64,000 bases of DNA from Octopus sinensis (lineage: Eukaryota): the NCBI RefSeq assembly GCF_006345805.1, contig NC_042998.1, forward strand, positions 84,630,001-84,694,000. Direction: 5' to 3'. The notes beneath the pieces are model-generated. The model made no database searches. It saw only the letters and a program-made list of their open reading frames with translations, and had not been told where the DNA came from. How positions within the stretch are numbered: position 1 is the first letter of the stretch; each line of letters begins with the position of its first letter. Shown here piece after piece: positions 50,507-63,882 of this stretch. The translations under genes were made by a program, and so were the position numbers.

Positions 50507-51283
50507 ATGATTGAAACAAGTAAACAATAAAAAATAACCAAACTTTTGAGTAGCTATCACTACCTCGTGGAAAAGAAAAAGGGCTAGGAATTGGGGGATT
50601 GTTTCCAAAATTTAATTTTTACATTTTCACCCCTCAATCCTATACCCTTTTCTGGTATTCTTTTACTTTTACACCAATCTCATGAAACAAATATAGAAGC
50701 AAAATAAGTTAATCCCAGAGGTACTTAGGGATAACCTTGAGAGGTTGGTGTCTCATTCAGTTGGGAGTCTAGTACTCTGAGTCTTGAACATCCCAATAAA
50801 CTGTGGCCTAATGAGTCTGTAGGCTCAAGGCAGACTCTGTGTTTGTAGCTAATGATGTTCCACCAATGTGATGTGGTTGAAGAAACTTTTCTAATGCTAT
50901 TATTGTATTTTATTCAGTGATCTTATGGAAAATAATTGCTTGAGACATGAAACTCTATAATTATCTCCTTAATTAAACCACATTATAATATTAATCTCAT
51001 ATATGCTGTCAGTCCACTAGTTAATTAATACTCATTCCTAACCTTTCATCATTATCTAAATGAGGTCAGAACTAGCCTGATTACATTTACATTATCCACA
51101 TTCCAGTTACTACTACTGTTTCTCCCTGCTGAGAATCTAGTGGCTTAACCAAGGATCTATTTCCCCAGCAGAGCTATAAATATGTTCATTAAACATATGA
51201 GTATTACTTGATTGACAATATTAAACTCGATGTGAGTGTCAGAGCTTGAAGTTAATATATGTGTGTGAAAAATGTTTGAGTAT

Positions 51284-52010
51284 AGGTGCAGGAGTGGCTG
51301 TGTGGTAAGTAGCTTGCTTATCAACCACATGGTTCCGGGTTCAGTCCCACTGCGTGGCACCTTGGGCAAGTGTCTTCTACTATAGCCTCGGGCTGACCAA
51401 AGCCTTGTGAGTGGATTTGGTAGACAGAAACTGAAAGAAGCCCAGCACAAGGGCCAGAGGAGGTTGGCAAATGGCCCTGATCGGTTGGTGCTTTTATGTG
51501 TCACCAACACAGATGCCAGTCAGGCGGCACTGACATCATCCACGTTTGGACAGTGCTTTTTACGTGTCACCGGCACAGGTATCTTAACTACAATTTCCAT
51601 TTGATTTTTATTTTGATGTTGGTGTTGACATACTTGACTCAATAGGTCTCCTCAAGAACAGCAGGTCACTCTATGATCCAAGGTTAGCACAGCAGGCCGT
51701 CCTGCGAGCCATGAACTCACTTCATTTGTTGGGTCTTCACAATCCCAGCATATCTCAGAGATCTTGGTCTTCGTCATTTCCTCTGTGAGGCCCTACGTGC
51801 CACCGGCACAGGTATCACAACTACAATATCCATTTGATTTTTATTTTGATGTTGATGTACTTGACATAATAGGTCTCCTCAAGCACAGAAGGCCGTCCTG
51901 CAAGCCATGAACTCACTTCATTTGTTGGGTCTTCGAAGTAACATCATAACTCCAGAGGTCTCGGTCTTTCGTCATAGCCTCTGTGAGGCCCAACATATGA
52001 AGATCATGCT
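51284..52010. mobile_element. SINE A 5' half (+) joined to RTE 3' fragments (-)
   Basis: SINE head to gaaagaagcc, then reverse RTE UTR and KHDLHMLGLTEAMTKDRDLW. Confidence 0.75.
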
Positions 52011-53099
52011 TATATATATATATATTTATATGTATATGTATATGTGTGTGTATGTGTGTGTATATATATAAGGTATGAGAGGTATTGGTATCCAGAAGAA
52101 CCAAGGTGGCAAGTAACACTATGTGAGTGCTATGAAAGGACCATAGTTAAACTCTCAGTTTGATAATGATAGGAGTGAGGAGTCTAATGCAGGTCTTGTA
52201 TGAGCATGTATATTTTAAATAAAATGAGACAACAAAGTCAAGGCTGTATGTTTGTATATGTATGTGTATATATATATGTGTGTGTGTGTGTATCTGCATG
52301 CGTATGGGTTTAAATACACAAGTACGCAGACCTATATAATAATGCATACATGCACACATATATGTACATGTGTGCATGCATATACCGATAGATACTTCTT
52401 TCTTTCTTTCTTTCTTTCTCTCTGATTCCTCTACCCACACATTAGCCAGTAGAATAAACACATAAGAAGTTAATTTATAAAAACTTGACCATTCTTAGTA
52501 TTCTTACCATCCAATTTGTGGTTTACTACTCACTTTAGAACCCCCCCACTCGCCACTCCTATACTTTTTTCTGCACCAATCCCTTAATGCCAATCTAACA
52601 TATCACCCTAGCTCACACACCTCATACATATTCATTACTTACATTCTTGTCTCTTCCTACCCCTCCCCTACTCCTCTCCCATCCCACCTTATCTCGACCA
52701 CCAACTAACACTCCTTTTTTCATTTTTTCACTTTCTTACACTGTTCTCATTTTCTCTTCTTGTGTTCATTTTCACAAGAAACTGAAAGAAACTGAAAGAC
52801 AGAAACTGAAAGAAGCCTGTCGTATATATATATATATGTGTGTGTATATGTTTGTGTGTCTGTAATTGTCCCCCCAACATCGCTTGTCCCCCTCAACATT
52901 GCTTCCACTCACAGATTGGACTTGTAATGTACAAATCAGCCAATCAGTTTCTCTTTCTGAAAATCCCACTTTATCCAGATTCTCCTTTAAGCATTTACTA
53001 ACAAAACCTAAGTCAACTAAGAATCCATAAGCCAGAAAATATCCGCATTCAAATATTTGTCAATAAAGTGTGTATATTAATCAAAGTATACGGGATTAA

Positions 53100-54790
53100 A
53101 CATTTATGGTTAACTTCCAATGTTTGACCCGAGCCAAAAAATGGGAAAAAAAATTGTGTAATAGATGTAAAACAACATGTAGTAAATGAATATGTAAAAA
53201 AAATTGCACACTGGCAAACAGGGGGTGGGGAGACGACTCAGAAAATTCACATCAGGAGTGTTTCGAGTCCTCTCACCATTTCCCTGTTCGTTGGTGCAAT
53301 TTTTTCTTCATATTCATTTACTACACATTATTTTACACCTAGTAAAAAGTGCAACAGTTGTAAAATAATGTGTACTAAATGATTAGGAAAAAAATTGCGT
53401 GCCGTTGAACAGGGGTGGGGGGTGAGGACAGGACACAGAACATTCACACAATCAAGCTCACAGGATTCAAAAACTCAACATTAACACCCAGTTGCAAAAA
53501 GGAAAGAAAAAAAACTGTGTAATAGATGTAAAACGACATGTAGTAAACAAATATGGAAAAAGGGGGTGGGTGGGCAGGGAGAGAAGACTCGGAAAATTCA
53601 CAGGATCTGAAAATTCAACATTAACACCTGGTCACAAAAATGAAAAAAAAAATAGTGTAATAAGTGTAAAGCAACTTGTAGTAAACGAATATGAAAAAAA
53701 TGTATGCTGGAGAATGGGCGGGGGAAGATGACTCGGAAAATTCAAATCGGGAACGTTCCGAGTCCTCTCACCTCTTCCCTGTTCATTGGTGCAATTTTTT
53801 GTTCATATCCGTTTACTACAGATTATTTTATACCTAGTACACTACATTTAAAAAAATTTTTGTGATGTGGGGTGGGTGGGGTGCAGTCTCGGATAATTCA
53901 TATGATCCAGAAACCCAACTTCAACATCCAGCCACCAAAGTAAAAGTACAACAGGTGTAAAATAATGTGTACTAAATGATTATGAAAAAAATGTGTGCTG
54001 GTGAACAGGGGTTGGGGTGAGGACAGGACTCCGAAAATTCACATAATCAAACTCAGAGGATCCAAAAACTCAACATTAACGCCTGGTCACAAAAATGAAA
54101 AAAAACTGTGTAATAGATGTAAAACGACATCATCATCATCATCATCATCATCATCGTTTAACGTGTAGTAAATAAATATAAAAAAAGAATGTGCGTTGGC
54201 AAACGGGGTTGGGGAGAGGATTTGGAAACTTCACAGGATCCGAAAATTCAACATTAACACCTGGTCACAAAATTTTTTTAAAAAGTGTAATAAGTAAACG
54301 AATAGGAAAAAAAAAATGTGTGCTGGCGAATGGGATGGGGAAGAGTGTTCCGAGTCCTCTCACCTCTTCCCTATTTGTCAGTGCAATTTTTTTTCTCATA
54401 TTCATTTACTACACATTATTTTACACCTAGTACACCACTTTAAAAAAAATTTTGTGAAGTGGGTGGGTGGGTAGCAGACTTGGATAATTTATACAATCTA
54501 GTAACCCGACTTCAACACTCAGCCACCAAAAAAAAAAAAAATGCAATAGGTGTAAAACAACATGTAGTAAACGAATATGAAAAAAAATGTGAGCTGATGA
54601 ACGGGAGTGGAGTGGAGAGAGGACTCAGAAAATTTACACAATCAAACTCAAAGGATCTGAAAACTCAACGTTAACACTCGGTCACAAAAATGAAAAAAAA
54701 AATAGTGTAATAGGTGGAAAACAACATGTAGTATATGAAAAAAAATGCACACTGGTGAACGAAGTGGGGAGAGAGGACTCGGAAATTTCA
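53100..54790. repeat. Complex satellite of ~130-150-nt monomers with periodic inverted monomers
   Basis: Forward monomers tgtaatagatgtaaaac.acatgtagtaaa..gactcggaaaattcac; inverted copies starting gagtcctctcacc at ~53254, ~53760 and ~54351. Confidence 0.8.
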
Positions 54791-55539
54791 CTTGCCCAAG
54801 GTGCCATGCAGTGGAACTGAACCCAGAACCATGTGGTTAGGAAGAATATCCATTTTCTTGAGGGAAAAAATTGGATCGTGTGAATTGTCCTGGTCCTCCC
54901 CAGTTTTCCAGCAAGTGCCTTCAACTTTAGCCTTGGGCCAACCAATGTGTCCTGGAGGCTGAAGGTGGCATTTCAGAGGAAAAATTATCTATGCTATAAA
55001 CAAAGATGAAAACAAAAATTTGCACATGAAATTTTTTCGATTCTGTCTTCTGCATAATGGTATTTACAGAAACAATTGCAGTGTAGATGTTTGTAAGCCA
55101 TTAAAGAACACACACACACACACACACACACAAACCCGTTAGTTTCACTGCAACATTTAAATTTCATTTGTGTCTAAATATTTTCTTTCTTTGAAACTGC
55201 AACAAAACCCTGACAAAACTTCCGAGTATCCCCCCCCCCCACATATACATATATGCAATTATTCATTGTCTGCTTGCTTAAAAAATTGATATTTGTTTAA
55301 AAGAGTTAATTTAGATTAAACTCTGGATTCTCTATACATGGGGACCTATTGAAGGGATAAGTTATATAGATCAAAGATTTTATGGAGGTTCCTGTCCTTT
55401 CTACTACTTTAATCTGTATATTTACCTTATCTAAAGCTTTTCTAAAAAGGTATGCTTGTTCACAATCAATGAACATGACACTCTGATATTTTCTGTCATA
55501 CCATGAGATGGACTTATCTGTCTTTTTTTTTTGGTCCTT

Positions 55540-57700
55540 AGCCAGGATTTATTTCTGTATAACAGGCAGATACCATTTGCATCACTCTCTATGATAGCCT
55601 TGTACTAGCCCTGGCTCCTTTGTACACTCTAATCCTGTCCCTTTGATTGTAGCCAGGGAATTTCATGTGGTGGATGAAGTGTTGTATGTGTCTTTCCAAT
55701 TCTGTTGGATGGTATTTGTTGGATGCTGTCCATTGTGGTAGTGTCTAGTTCATTGATATTGTCTTGTGTACGAGATGCTTTGGCTACTATGTTGACACCA
55801 TCCACATAGTAAGGGTATATGTTTAGGGTTATGGAGTTCTCTGCTAATCTCTCTTTGAGTCTCCTATCCCACCATATCATAAATAGGTTAGCCACATTGC
55901 CAGCAACACTGACACCAATGGCTGCACCTTCCTCTTGAGTATATATATTGCTATTAAACCTGAATATGTGGCCCTTAAGTAAGACTCTGATACTCACACC
56001 CACAACATGTGTGACCATTTTATGAACCTGGTCATAGTTTTCAGAGGTTTGTATAGCTCTGGTCTAATCATTCCATCTCTCTCTAGGTGTCTTCTTGACC
56101 ATTGAGATTACTGTAGGGGTTACTTCTTATCAATCTAGTGGGGCTGAAACAACTAAGGTTGGTGCTACTGCTCCCTGGTGGGCGTTGAGATGGTCCAGGT
56201 GGGCAATGGTGCCTAAGGGGGCAGTGTATGTGGGGGGAGGGGGAGAAAAAGGAGGCATTGGGAGGAAGGCAATGATGCTGTAAATTTATTATAATATTAC
56301 TGAGTGGCTGTGTGGTAAGTAGCTTGCTTACCAACCACATGGTTCCGGGTTCAGTCCCACTGCGTGGCACTGGGCAAGTGTCTTCTACTATAGCCTCAGG
56401 CTGACCAAAGCTTTGTAAGTGGATTTGGCAGATGGAAACTGAAAGAAGCCTGTCGTATATATGTATATAAATATAAATATATGTGTGTGTGTTTGTGTGT
56501 GTGTGTTTGACCCCCCAACTGATGGTGGTGTGTTTGCATCCCTGTAACTTAGTGGTTCGGCAAAAGAGACCGATAGAATAAGTAGTAGGCTTACAAAGAA
56601 TAAGTCCTGGGGTTGATTTGCTCAACTAAAGGTGGTGCTCCAGCATGCCCACAGTCAAATGACTGAAACAAGTAAAAAAAAAAGAGAGTATTGTATACAA
56701 ATTATATAATATTATATTAAATATCAAATGATTCATAATATATATAAATTAGTAAAATATAAAATATTTAATATTTATTTATGCATAAAAATAGGGGTGG
56801 GGACACTGAGGGCATTATGTGGCCATGAGTGGGGCCCAAAAAGTTTGAGATCCTCTGATCTAAGTAATCTTTGTTATTTGTAAGTCTCAGTTCTCAGTTC
56901 TCTTGTGTCAATACTGCAAAACTCCATGTCACTCTCACTGATCATCTCCACACATTTCTCTGTGGCAAAATCAACATCAATGCATGGGTATAAGGATACT
57001 GCATCCATACTGCCTATTATGCATCCCTTCAGGTCATAGACATGGCTTCGTTCATTGATTCTGCTGAGGAGATTCACTGTGTTGTCACACACATCTGGGG
57101 ACATTCTGATCAGAAGGCATATGATCATAGAGAGTAGAAGATTTGGTAGTTGTTGGCAACATTGCCTCCACAGACTGGTCTTGATGGTCTTGTTACTGAG
57201 TCAGTGGTCACCTTATGGTCTTTGCAGAGCCCATACAGTACTGGGATTTCATTATTAGTAGTCTGAAAGTTGTTGGCTGTGTGATTCTTTGCCCCTAGGA
57301 TGTTTGACCACATCATCATGTGAGCATTGAGGATCTTCTTTCTCTTCTCATAATCCTGTACCATTGTTTTCCTCATATTGATGATGTGGAGTTGCATTCC
57401 CTGGTGTCTATGAACATTCTTCTAGACTTGTTCATGAGGAAGCACACAACCTCCCTATTTTTTGTGCACTGTATGAGCTTGCACAAGTCACTTGCAGATT
57501 TCTTATCAAGTTATTGTGCCTCTCTTCCACTCTGTTTTCTAATGTATTGTTCTAAAACCTATCTAAGTTTAGTACTAGCTATAGTGAGGTGTGCTTCTAT
57601 TTCATCGTTTCTCTGTTGTAGGATACAAACTCTTGAAGGGTAGGGTTGTTGGATAAATGCGATTCATATCGTAGGACTTATCACTTGGATTGGAGAGGGT
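55540..57700 (-). mobile_element. Degraded Penelope-like element RT, interrupted by SINE A (~56300-56680) and other inserts
   Basis: REVVCFLMNKSRRMFIDT; IPVLYGLCKDHK..PSRPVC; IGSMDAVSLYPCID; FRFNSNIYTQEEGAAIG..VANLFMIWWD..YPYYVDGVN. Confidence 0.8.
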
Positions 57701-58489
57701 TAGTGTCATTTACACCTGTTGTGCTACTTTCTATCCTATAATTTCTCTATTACCATCTCTTTTGTTGCCCCTCTTGTTGTTGTTGTTGTTGGTGGTGGTG
57801 GTGCTGGTTGTGTTTCTATGTGTATTGTTGTTGTCAGTAATATTTGTCTTGGTTTGCATGTTTTCATCGCAGTTTTTGTTGTTGTTGCTGCTGTCGTTGT
57901 TGTCATTACAATCCCCACTATTATCCTTTTTCTTATATATTTCTTTATTGCCCACAAGGGGCTAAACATAGAAGGGACAAACAAGGACAGACAAAGAGTT
58001 TAAGTCGATTATATCGACCCCAGTGCGTAACTGGTACTTACTTAATTTATCGACCCTGAAAGGATGAAAGCCAAAGTCGACCTTGGCGGAATTTGAACTC
58101 AGAACGTAACAGCAGACGAAATACGGCTACGCATTTTGCCTCAGCGTGGTCTTCCGTTCTGTTGCCCCTCACTTTGTCTTCATATCCTTTACTGTTGCAG
58201 CTATTCTAGGCCCTTAGTTTGGCAGGCTTGTGTCTTTCTATATTTCTGTTTGTTCTTCTCTATAGTACCATTATCATTGTTATTGCTCTTAGTGATATCA
58301 ACATTAGGTATGTTGACCTTGCTCTCACCAATATTTTCTCTTCCATTACTGCTGCTGCTGTTCTTGATGCTTACTTTGATATATTTTTGTATTGTTCTGT
58401 GTTTATGTGTTTGTTCATATTGCCATCATGGTGGTTGCTGTTGTTGTTGTTGTTGTTGTGGTTGTTGCTGTTATATGGAGAATAATTGT

Positions 58490-58810
58490 ATAGTATGTAG
58501 GATGAACCCACGGGGTAACTGTAAGATTAGGAATGTACTCTGTAGCTTATGGTGTACTAGGGAACAGGGCAGAAACAACACAACAACTTACATTGAGGAG
58601 ACAACTCGCAGCATAGAGGAGCGAATAGGCGAACACTGGTTGGTACTCAAAGAGAATAAAAATATATCGGTGCTCTACTAACATGCTCAAGTAGAACACA
58701 GAGGCTTGCTTAATAACATAGAGGCTAAGGTATTATCTATGCACAGAATTGGCATGACACTTAGACAGATTACAGAGGCCACACACATAGTAATAGACAT
58801 GAAAAGAACA
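58490..58810 (+). mobile_element. Penelope-like GIY-YIG endonuclease fragment, inverted relative to the RT
   Basis: NCKIRNVLCSLWC..TYIEETTRSIEERIGEH..ISVLY*HAQVEH..RQITEATHI. Confidence 0.75.
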
Positions 58811-59125
58811 ATAACACCCACTAAGCAACATGACAACTAAAGATAGAAGGGGAAAGAAAAGACACAGAAACAGTGTAATAGACATACAAAAGACAAGCAT
58901 GCACATACCTATGATGAAATATAAGAAATACAGATAAGTAAACGAAAACACCTATATAAAGGGCACAGATGCAGGAAACATAGTGAGCAAACCCATATAC
59001 ACACACAAGCACACATACTTCAGAAATGGCTGCAACAACAACTCGAACAACAACCATGACCAACAACAAGAATAAACACACAAACACAGAACAATATCAA
59101 ATTAAAGAACAATATCACAATAAAG

Positions 59126-59522
59126 GCCAAGTGGCTGTGTGGTAAGTAGCTTGCTAACCAACCACATGGTTCCAGGTTCAGTCCCACTGCGTGGCATCTT
59201 GGGCAAGTGTCTTCTGCTATAGCCCCGGGCCGACCAATGCCTTGTGAGTGGATTTGGTAGACGGAAACTGAAAGAAGCCTGTCGTATATATATATATGTG
59301 TGTGTGTGTGCTTGTGTGTATGTGTTTGCCCCCCTAGCATTGCTTGACAACCGATGCTGGTGTATTTACGTCCCCGTCACTTAGCGGTTTGGCAAAAAGA
59401 GACCGATACAATAAGTACTGGGCTTACAAAGAATAAGTCCCGGGGTCAATTTGCTCGACTAAAAGGCGGTGCTCCAGCATGGCTGCAGTCAAATGACTGA
59501 AACAAGTAAAAGAGTAAAAGAG
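59126..59522 (+). mobile_element. SINE family A
   Basis: Full-length family match. Confidence 0.85.
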
Positions 59523-59934
59523 TAACAGTAGCAGCAGCAACAAAAGAGAAAACATGGGCGAGAGGTGGGTTAACATACCAAGTACACTAAGAACAATGAT
59601 GATAATGGTAGCAACAATATAAAGGACACAGATAATGGTATCAACAGTATAAAGGACACAGATAATGGTATCAACAGTATAAAGGACACGGAGTGTAGTG
59701 GATAAATCCATATAAACACACATAAGCACACATGTGAAATGCATATACATTCATATACACAAGCATATGCACACACACATGAGTGCATGCACATACACAC
59801 AGGTGCATACACACAGATATAAATGCAAACACATGCACAGATAAGAAAACACACCATAGAACGACAGAATGGACAAAGCAGAACAGGTAGATACATGAGG
59901 ATGGAAAGGGTCACTGAAGAGGTCATCATCATCA

Positions 59935-61030
59935 TCATTGTTTGACCGTGGTCGAGACAATGGAATTTACTATGTTACGCCAGACTTCACGGTCCATCAT
60001 AGCATTACGGAGGTCCTGTTGCTGGATGCCTGTATCCCTGGAGATTACATCAGGGTAGGAGAGTGTGCGCCCTCTGGTATTGCGAGTAGATGGCTTCCAG
60101 AGGAGAAGAGTAGAAATTACTTCTTTTTCAGCTCTACAACAATGTCCAGCAAACTGGACTCTCTTATCCTTCACAAGTAATTTCCATTGTCTCGACCACG
60201 GTCAAACAATGATGATGATGATGACCTCTTCAGTGACCCTTTCCATCCTCATGTATCTACCTGTTCTGCTTTGTCCATTCTGTCTTTCTATGGTGTGTTT
60301 TCTTATCTGTGCATGTGTTTGCATTTATATCTGTGTGTATGCACCTGTGTGTATGTGCATGCATTCATGTGTGTGTGCATATGCTTGTGTATATGAATGT
60401 ATATGCATTTCACATGTGTGCTTATGTGTGTTTATATGGATTTATCCACTACACTCCGTGTCCTTTATACTGTTTCTACCATTATCTGTGTCCTTTATAT
60501 TGTTGCTACCATTATCATCATTGTTCTTAGTGTACTTGGTATGTTAACCCACCTCTCGCCCATGTTTTCTCTTTTGTTGCTGCTGCTACTGTTACTCTTT
60601 TACTCTTTTACTTGTTTCAGTCATTTGACTGCAGCCATGCTGGAGCACCGCCTTTTAGTCGAGCAAATTGACCCCGGGACTTATTCTTTGTGGTAATTTC
60701 CACAGGTGGTAATTTCCCATATATTTGCATTTTGGTTGGATGGCGCTTCCACGAGAGATTTTGAGCTCTCATAAGGAGGCGAGTGTAGGTTCCATCCAAC
60801 CGCCTCTCAAGCTTCTATGATAACGTCCAGGTTTCTGAGCCATATAGTAGAATTGGTTCGATTGTGGCTTTGAATATTTCAAGTTTGAAGCCTCTACTTA
60901 GATTTGATGACCAAATCTTATGCATGTCATTACAGGCTGACCAGGCCATACCCTTTCTAGTTAGAAAGTCTTTTCCAGATGTATGACCCAAGATATTTAT
61001 AGTCAGAAACCATATTTAAAGGCGCACTGT
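59935..61030 (-). mobile_element. RTE-X-like LINE 3' fragment split by an inverted duplication
   Basis: VSDYKYLGSYI; DGTYTRLLMRAQNLSWKRHPT..IYGKLPP | KDKRVQFAGHCCRA..LLLWKPS..GRTLSYPDVISRDTG..AMMDREVWR. Confidence 0.85.
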
Positions 61031-61263
61031 TGAGAGTATGGATGATGCAATCACTGTTGGACAGGCACTTGAAGAGGTCATAGATGTGTGACAAAAGATT
61101 TGTGGACAATGGATGTATCATAAAATAAGAACAGTAATATATGAGTGAAGAATGAATATATAGTGTGTGTTTATTTGGCAAAAAAAATGACCATCCCAAA
61201 ATACAATATCTGTTTCAATGCAAGTTTTCAAATCAAGAATCTTGCAAAACAAATTCATAACCA

Positions 61264-61300
<37 letters not shown>

Positions 61301-61974
61301 GTTAATTCATAAATGTGTGTGTGTGTGTATATATATATGTGTGTATGTATGTATGACGTAACTGGTAATTCTTGAGAAACTGGGGCTTATCCCTTAGTTT
61401 CATTCTCATAATTGTTTCGCTAATCAAGTAACAGCAATACAAAATATGTAGCCCTTAAAATGGTTTTTGTGTATTTATTGAGAATACCAAACTGTCTTAC
61501 ACAAGATCTTGTATTTAGGAATTCCCAATAAGTTATGAATACCCAAATTGTGAAGTCAATTATGTAATAACATGAAATTAATTACACGATAGTAAGAATT
61601 CAAATAAAGTAGTCTTGAAAAGGGCTTTAATATGTTCCCAGAGTATATAGAACTTAGGAGGAAATACTAAGGTATGTGTACTAAAATCGTGAAGCATGTT
61701 ACATAATAACCAGCTAATCAGATATGAGATAATAACAATTCAAAGTAAATAACTGTGAAAAATGCTTTTGTGCATTTGCAGAAAATATTACCCTTAGCAG
61801 CATTAGTGTTGGTATATTCGTGAATAAGTCACTAACCAAAATAAGTAGATCTATTGTTTAGGAAAATACTATTTGCTTGCTTAAGCATTGTACTGGATAA
61901 ATTGCAAAAATAACTCAAATAGCACAAATACTAAGAAATAAGCATACTCAATTTGATTTATATAAAATAATTTA

Positions 61975-63870
61975 CGAAATCAATAGGTTACTTCCCTTGG
62001 CTATATATATATATATACGGATCCCTTTCAGGAGCAAATGGGTTATTTCCCTTGGATGTTTAAAAATAATATATTAGTTATATGTAGTAGATATAAGAAT
62101 CCCTTCCAGGGGTCCTAATATCAATTTTTTTTCAACAATCTAAGTATGTCACTAGTTTTCCAGACATGAGTTCTACTCACATGTCAAGTTTCATCAAAAT
62201 CGATAAAACGCTGTAGGAGGAGTTAAATAACAATGCCACAAACAAACACACCCACGGATTTGCACATATGTAGTAGACTAGCTGGTGTACCCGGTAATTT
62301 CCGGGGTAAAGATTTTCTATTGAAATGCCTTATTACTCTGATATAAGAAAGCAATTTCGTTATAACTGCCACAAAAAGTGTATTTTCCGTCACAAAAATG
62401 TACAAAAAACTGTCAGCTGGAGGAGGGAAAGATTGTTGGAGGTTGGCAAGAGAAGCTGTCGAGAGAGGTTTTTGGAGGTTGCGTGAGAAAAGCGCTGTGA
62501 AAGTGTTAAGTGAAATTTGACAATCGAGGATCGCATCCATGCTATGCTTGCATGAAGCTACTACAAATATGCTGTGGAATAAAAAATTTATCTACTGTCA
62601 TGGAAAAAGTGTAACTGTAAAATGCAGAATTATAGGAGTAATGGGCATTCAAAAAAGTATGTATATATAGAAATGTATGAATAAAGTCTTTAAGGTTTAA
62701 GATTCAAATCAAGGAAGTGCGATGATAATGTTTAGCAGTTCAAAACTGAATAGTGAAATGCAGAATTAGGTTGGCTGATTGTGAGAATCAAATATTGATC
62801 GCTTCACTAAAAACTGCAAGTGGCATGGGTTATTTCCCTTGGGTTGTTTAAATAAAATATTAGTTATATGTAGTAGATAGCAGGATCCATTGGAGGGGCG
62901 CTATTATCAATTTTTTTCAGCAATCTAAGTATGTCATGAGGTTTCCTGGCATGAGATCTACTCATGTGTCAAATAAAGTATAAAAGTGATATTGTCTGCA
63001 AAAATTAAAAATAGGATGCACAAAAAAATCATTATTCAAAGTAATCGAACATAAACAATGAAATGGGTTATTTCCTTTGGGTGTTTAAAATAAATTAGTT
63101 ATATGAGGTAGATATAAAGGTCACTTCCAGGGGATGTATTCAAAGTAATCAAACATACATCATGAAACCTGTAAAATATTTCTAAATTCGATGGTTCAAT
63201 TAGTTTCATGAAAATGTTGTATGAACTGTAAATAAGCAATAAATATTATGATTTGTAAAATAAGTATAAGTGATACAGGGTGTCCCAACTGAATGTGGTG
63301 TGGAAGTTTGGTTTCATTTTTTAAGAATTTTAAGCATTCAAAGTATGAGACACACTCATTCTGGAATAAAAAAATTTATGTACTGTCATCGAAAAATTTT
63401 AACTGGAAAAATGCAGAATTATCGGAATTATGGGCGTTGAAAGTGTACATGCATCAAGATAGTGCAATAATAAGGTTTAGCAGTTGAAAACTGTGGGTAG
63501 TGAAATGCACAATTAGGTTTGCTGATCATGAAAATCAAATATTGATCACTTCGCTAAAAACTAACAACTGTAAGTGAAGGTGCTATGGGTTATTTTCCTT
63601 GAGTGTTAAAAAAATATTGTGCAGGTACTATGGGTTATTTCCCTTGGATATTTTTAAAAAATAGTTATATGAGGTAGATATAAAGATTCCTTCCTTGGGC
63701 TGTATTATTGATTGTTTCAACGATCTAAGCATGTCACAAGGTTTCCAGACATGAGTTCTACTCACGTATCAAGTTTCATCCAAATCAATAAAACGATGTA
63801 GGAGGAGTTACCTAACAACACTACAAACAAACACACACCGATTTTCCACATATGTAGTAGATATATATGT
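61975..63870 (+). mobile_element. Tandem/nested non-autonomous Helentron/Helitron-like elements with internal repeats
   Basis: The 3' module catgagttctactcac.tgtcaagtttcatc..tgtaggaggagtta..acaaacaaacacac..acatatgtagtaga occurs at ~62165 and ~63750; 5' ACTAGCtggtgtacccgg..ccgggg at ~62277; gggttatttcccttgg repeated about 6 times. Confidence 0.6.
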
Positions 63871-63882
63871 ATATATAAATAG

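Noticed and set aside
53100-54790. CRISPR-like repeat array
   Set aside because: Eukaryotic context, no constant repeat with unique spacers, and no cas genes; it is a degenerate satellite.
61651-61671. NLGGNTK micro-exon resembling kinesin LGGNSKT
   Set aside because: Only 21 nt, with no other kinesin motifs or phase-linked exons in the window.
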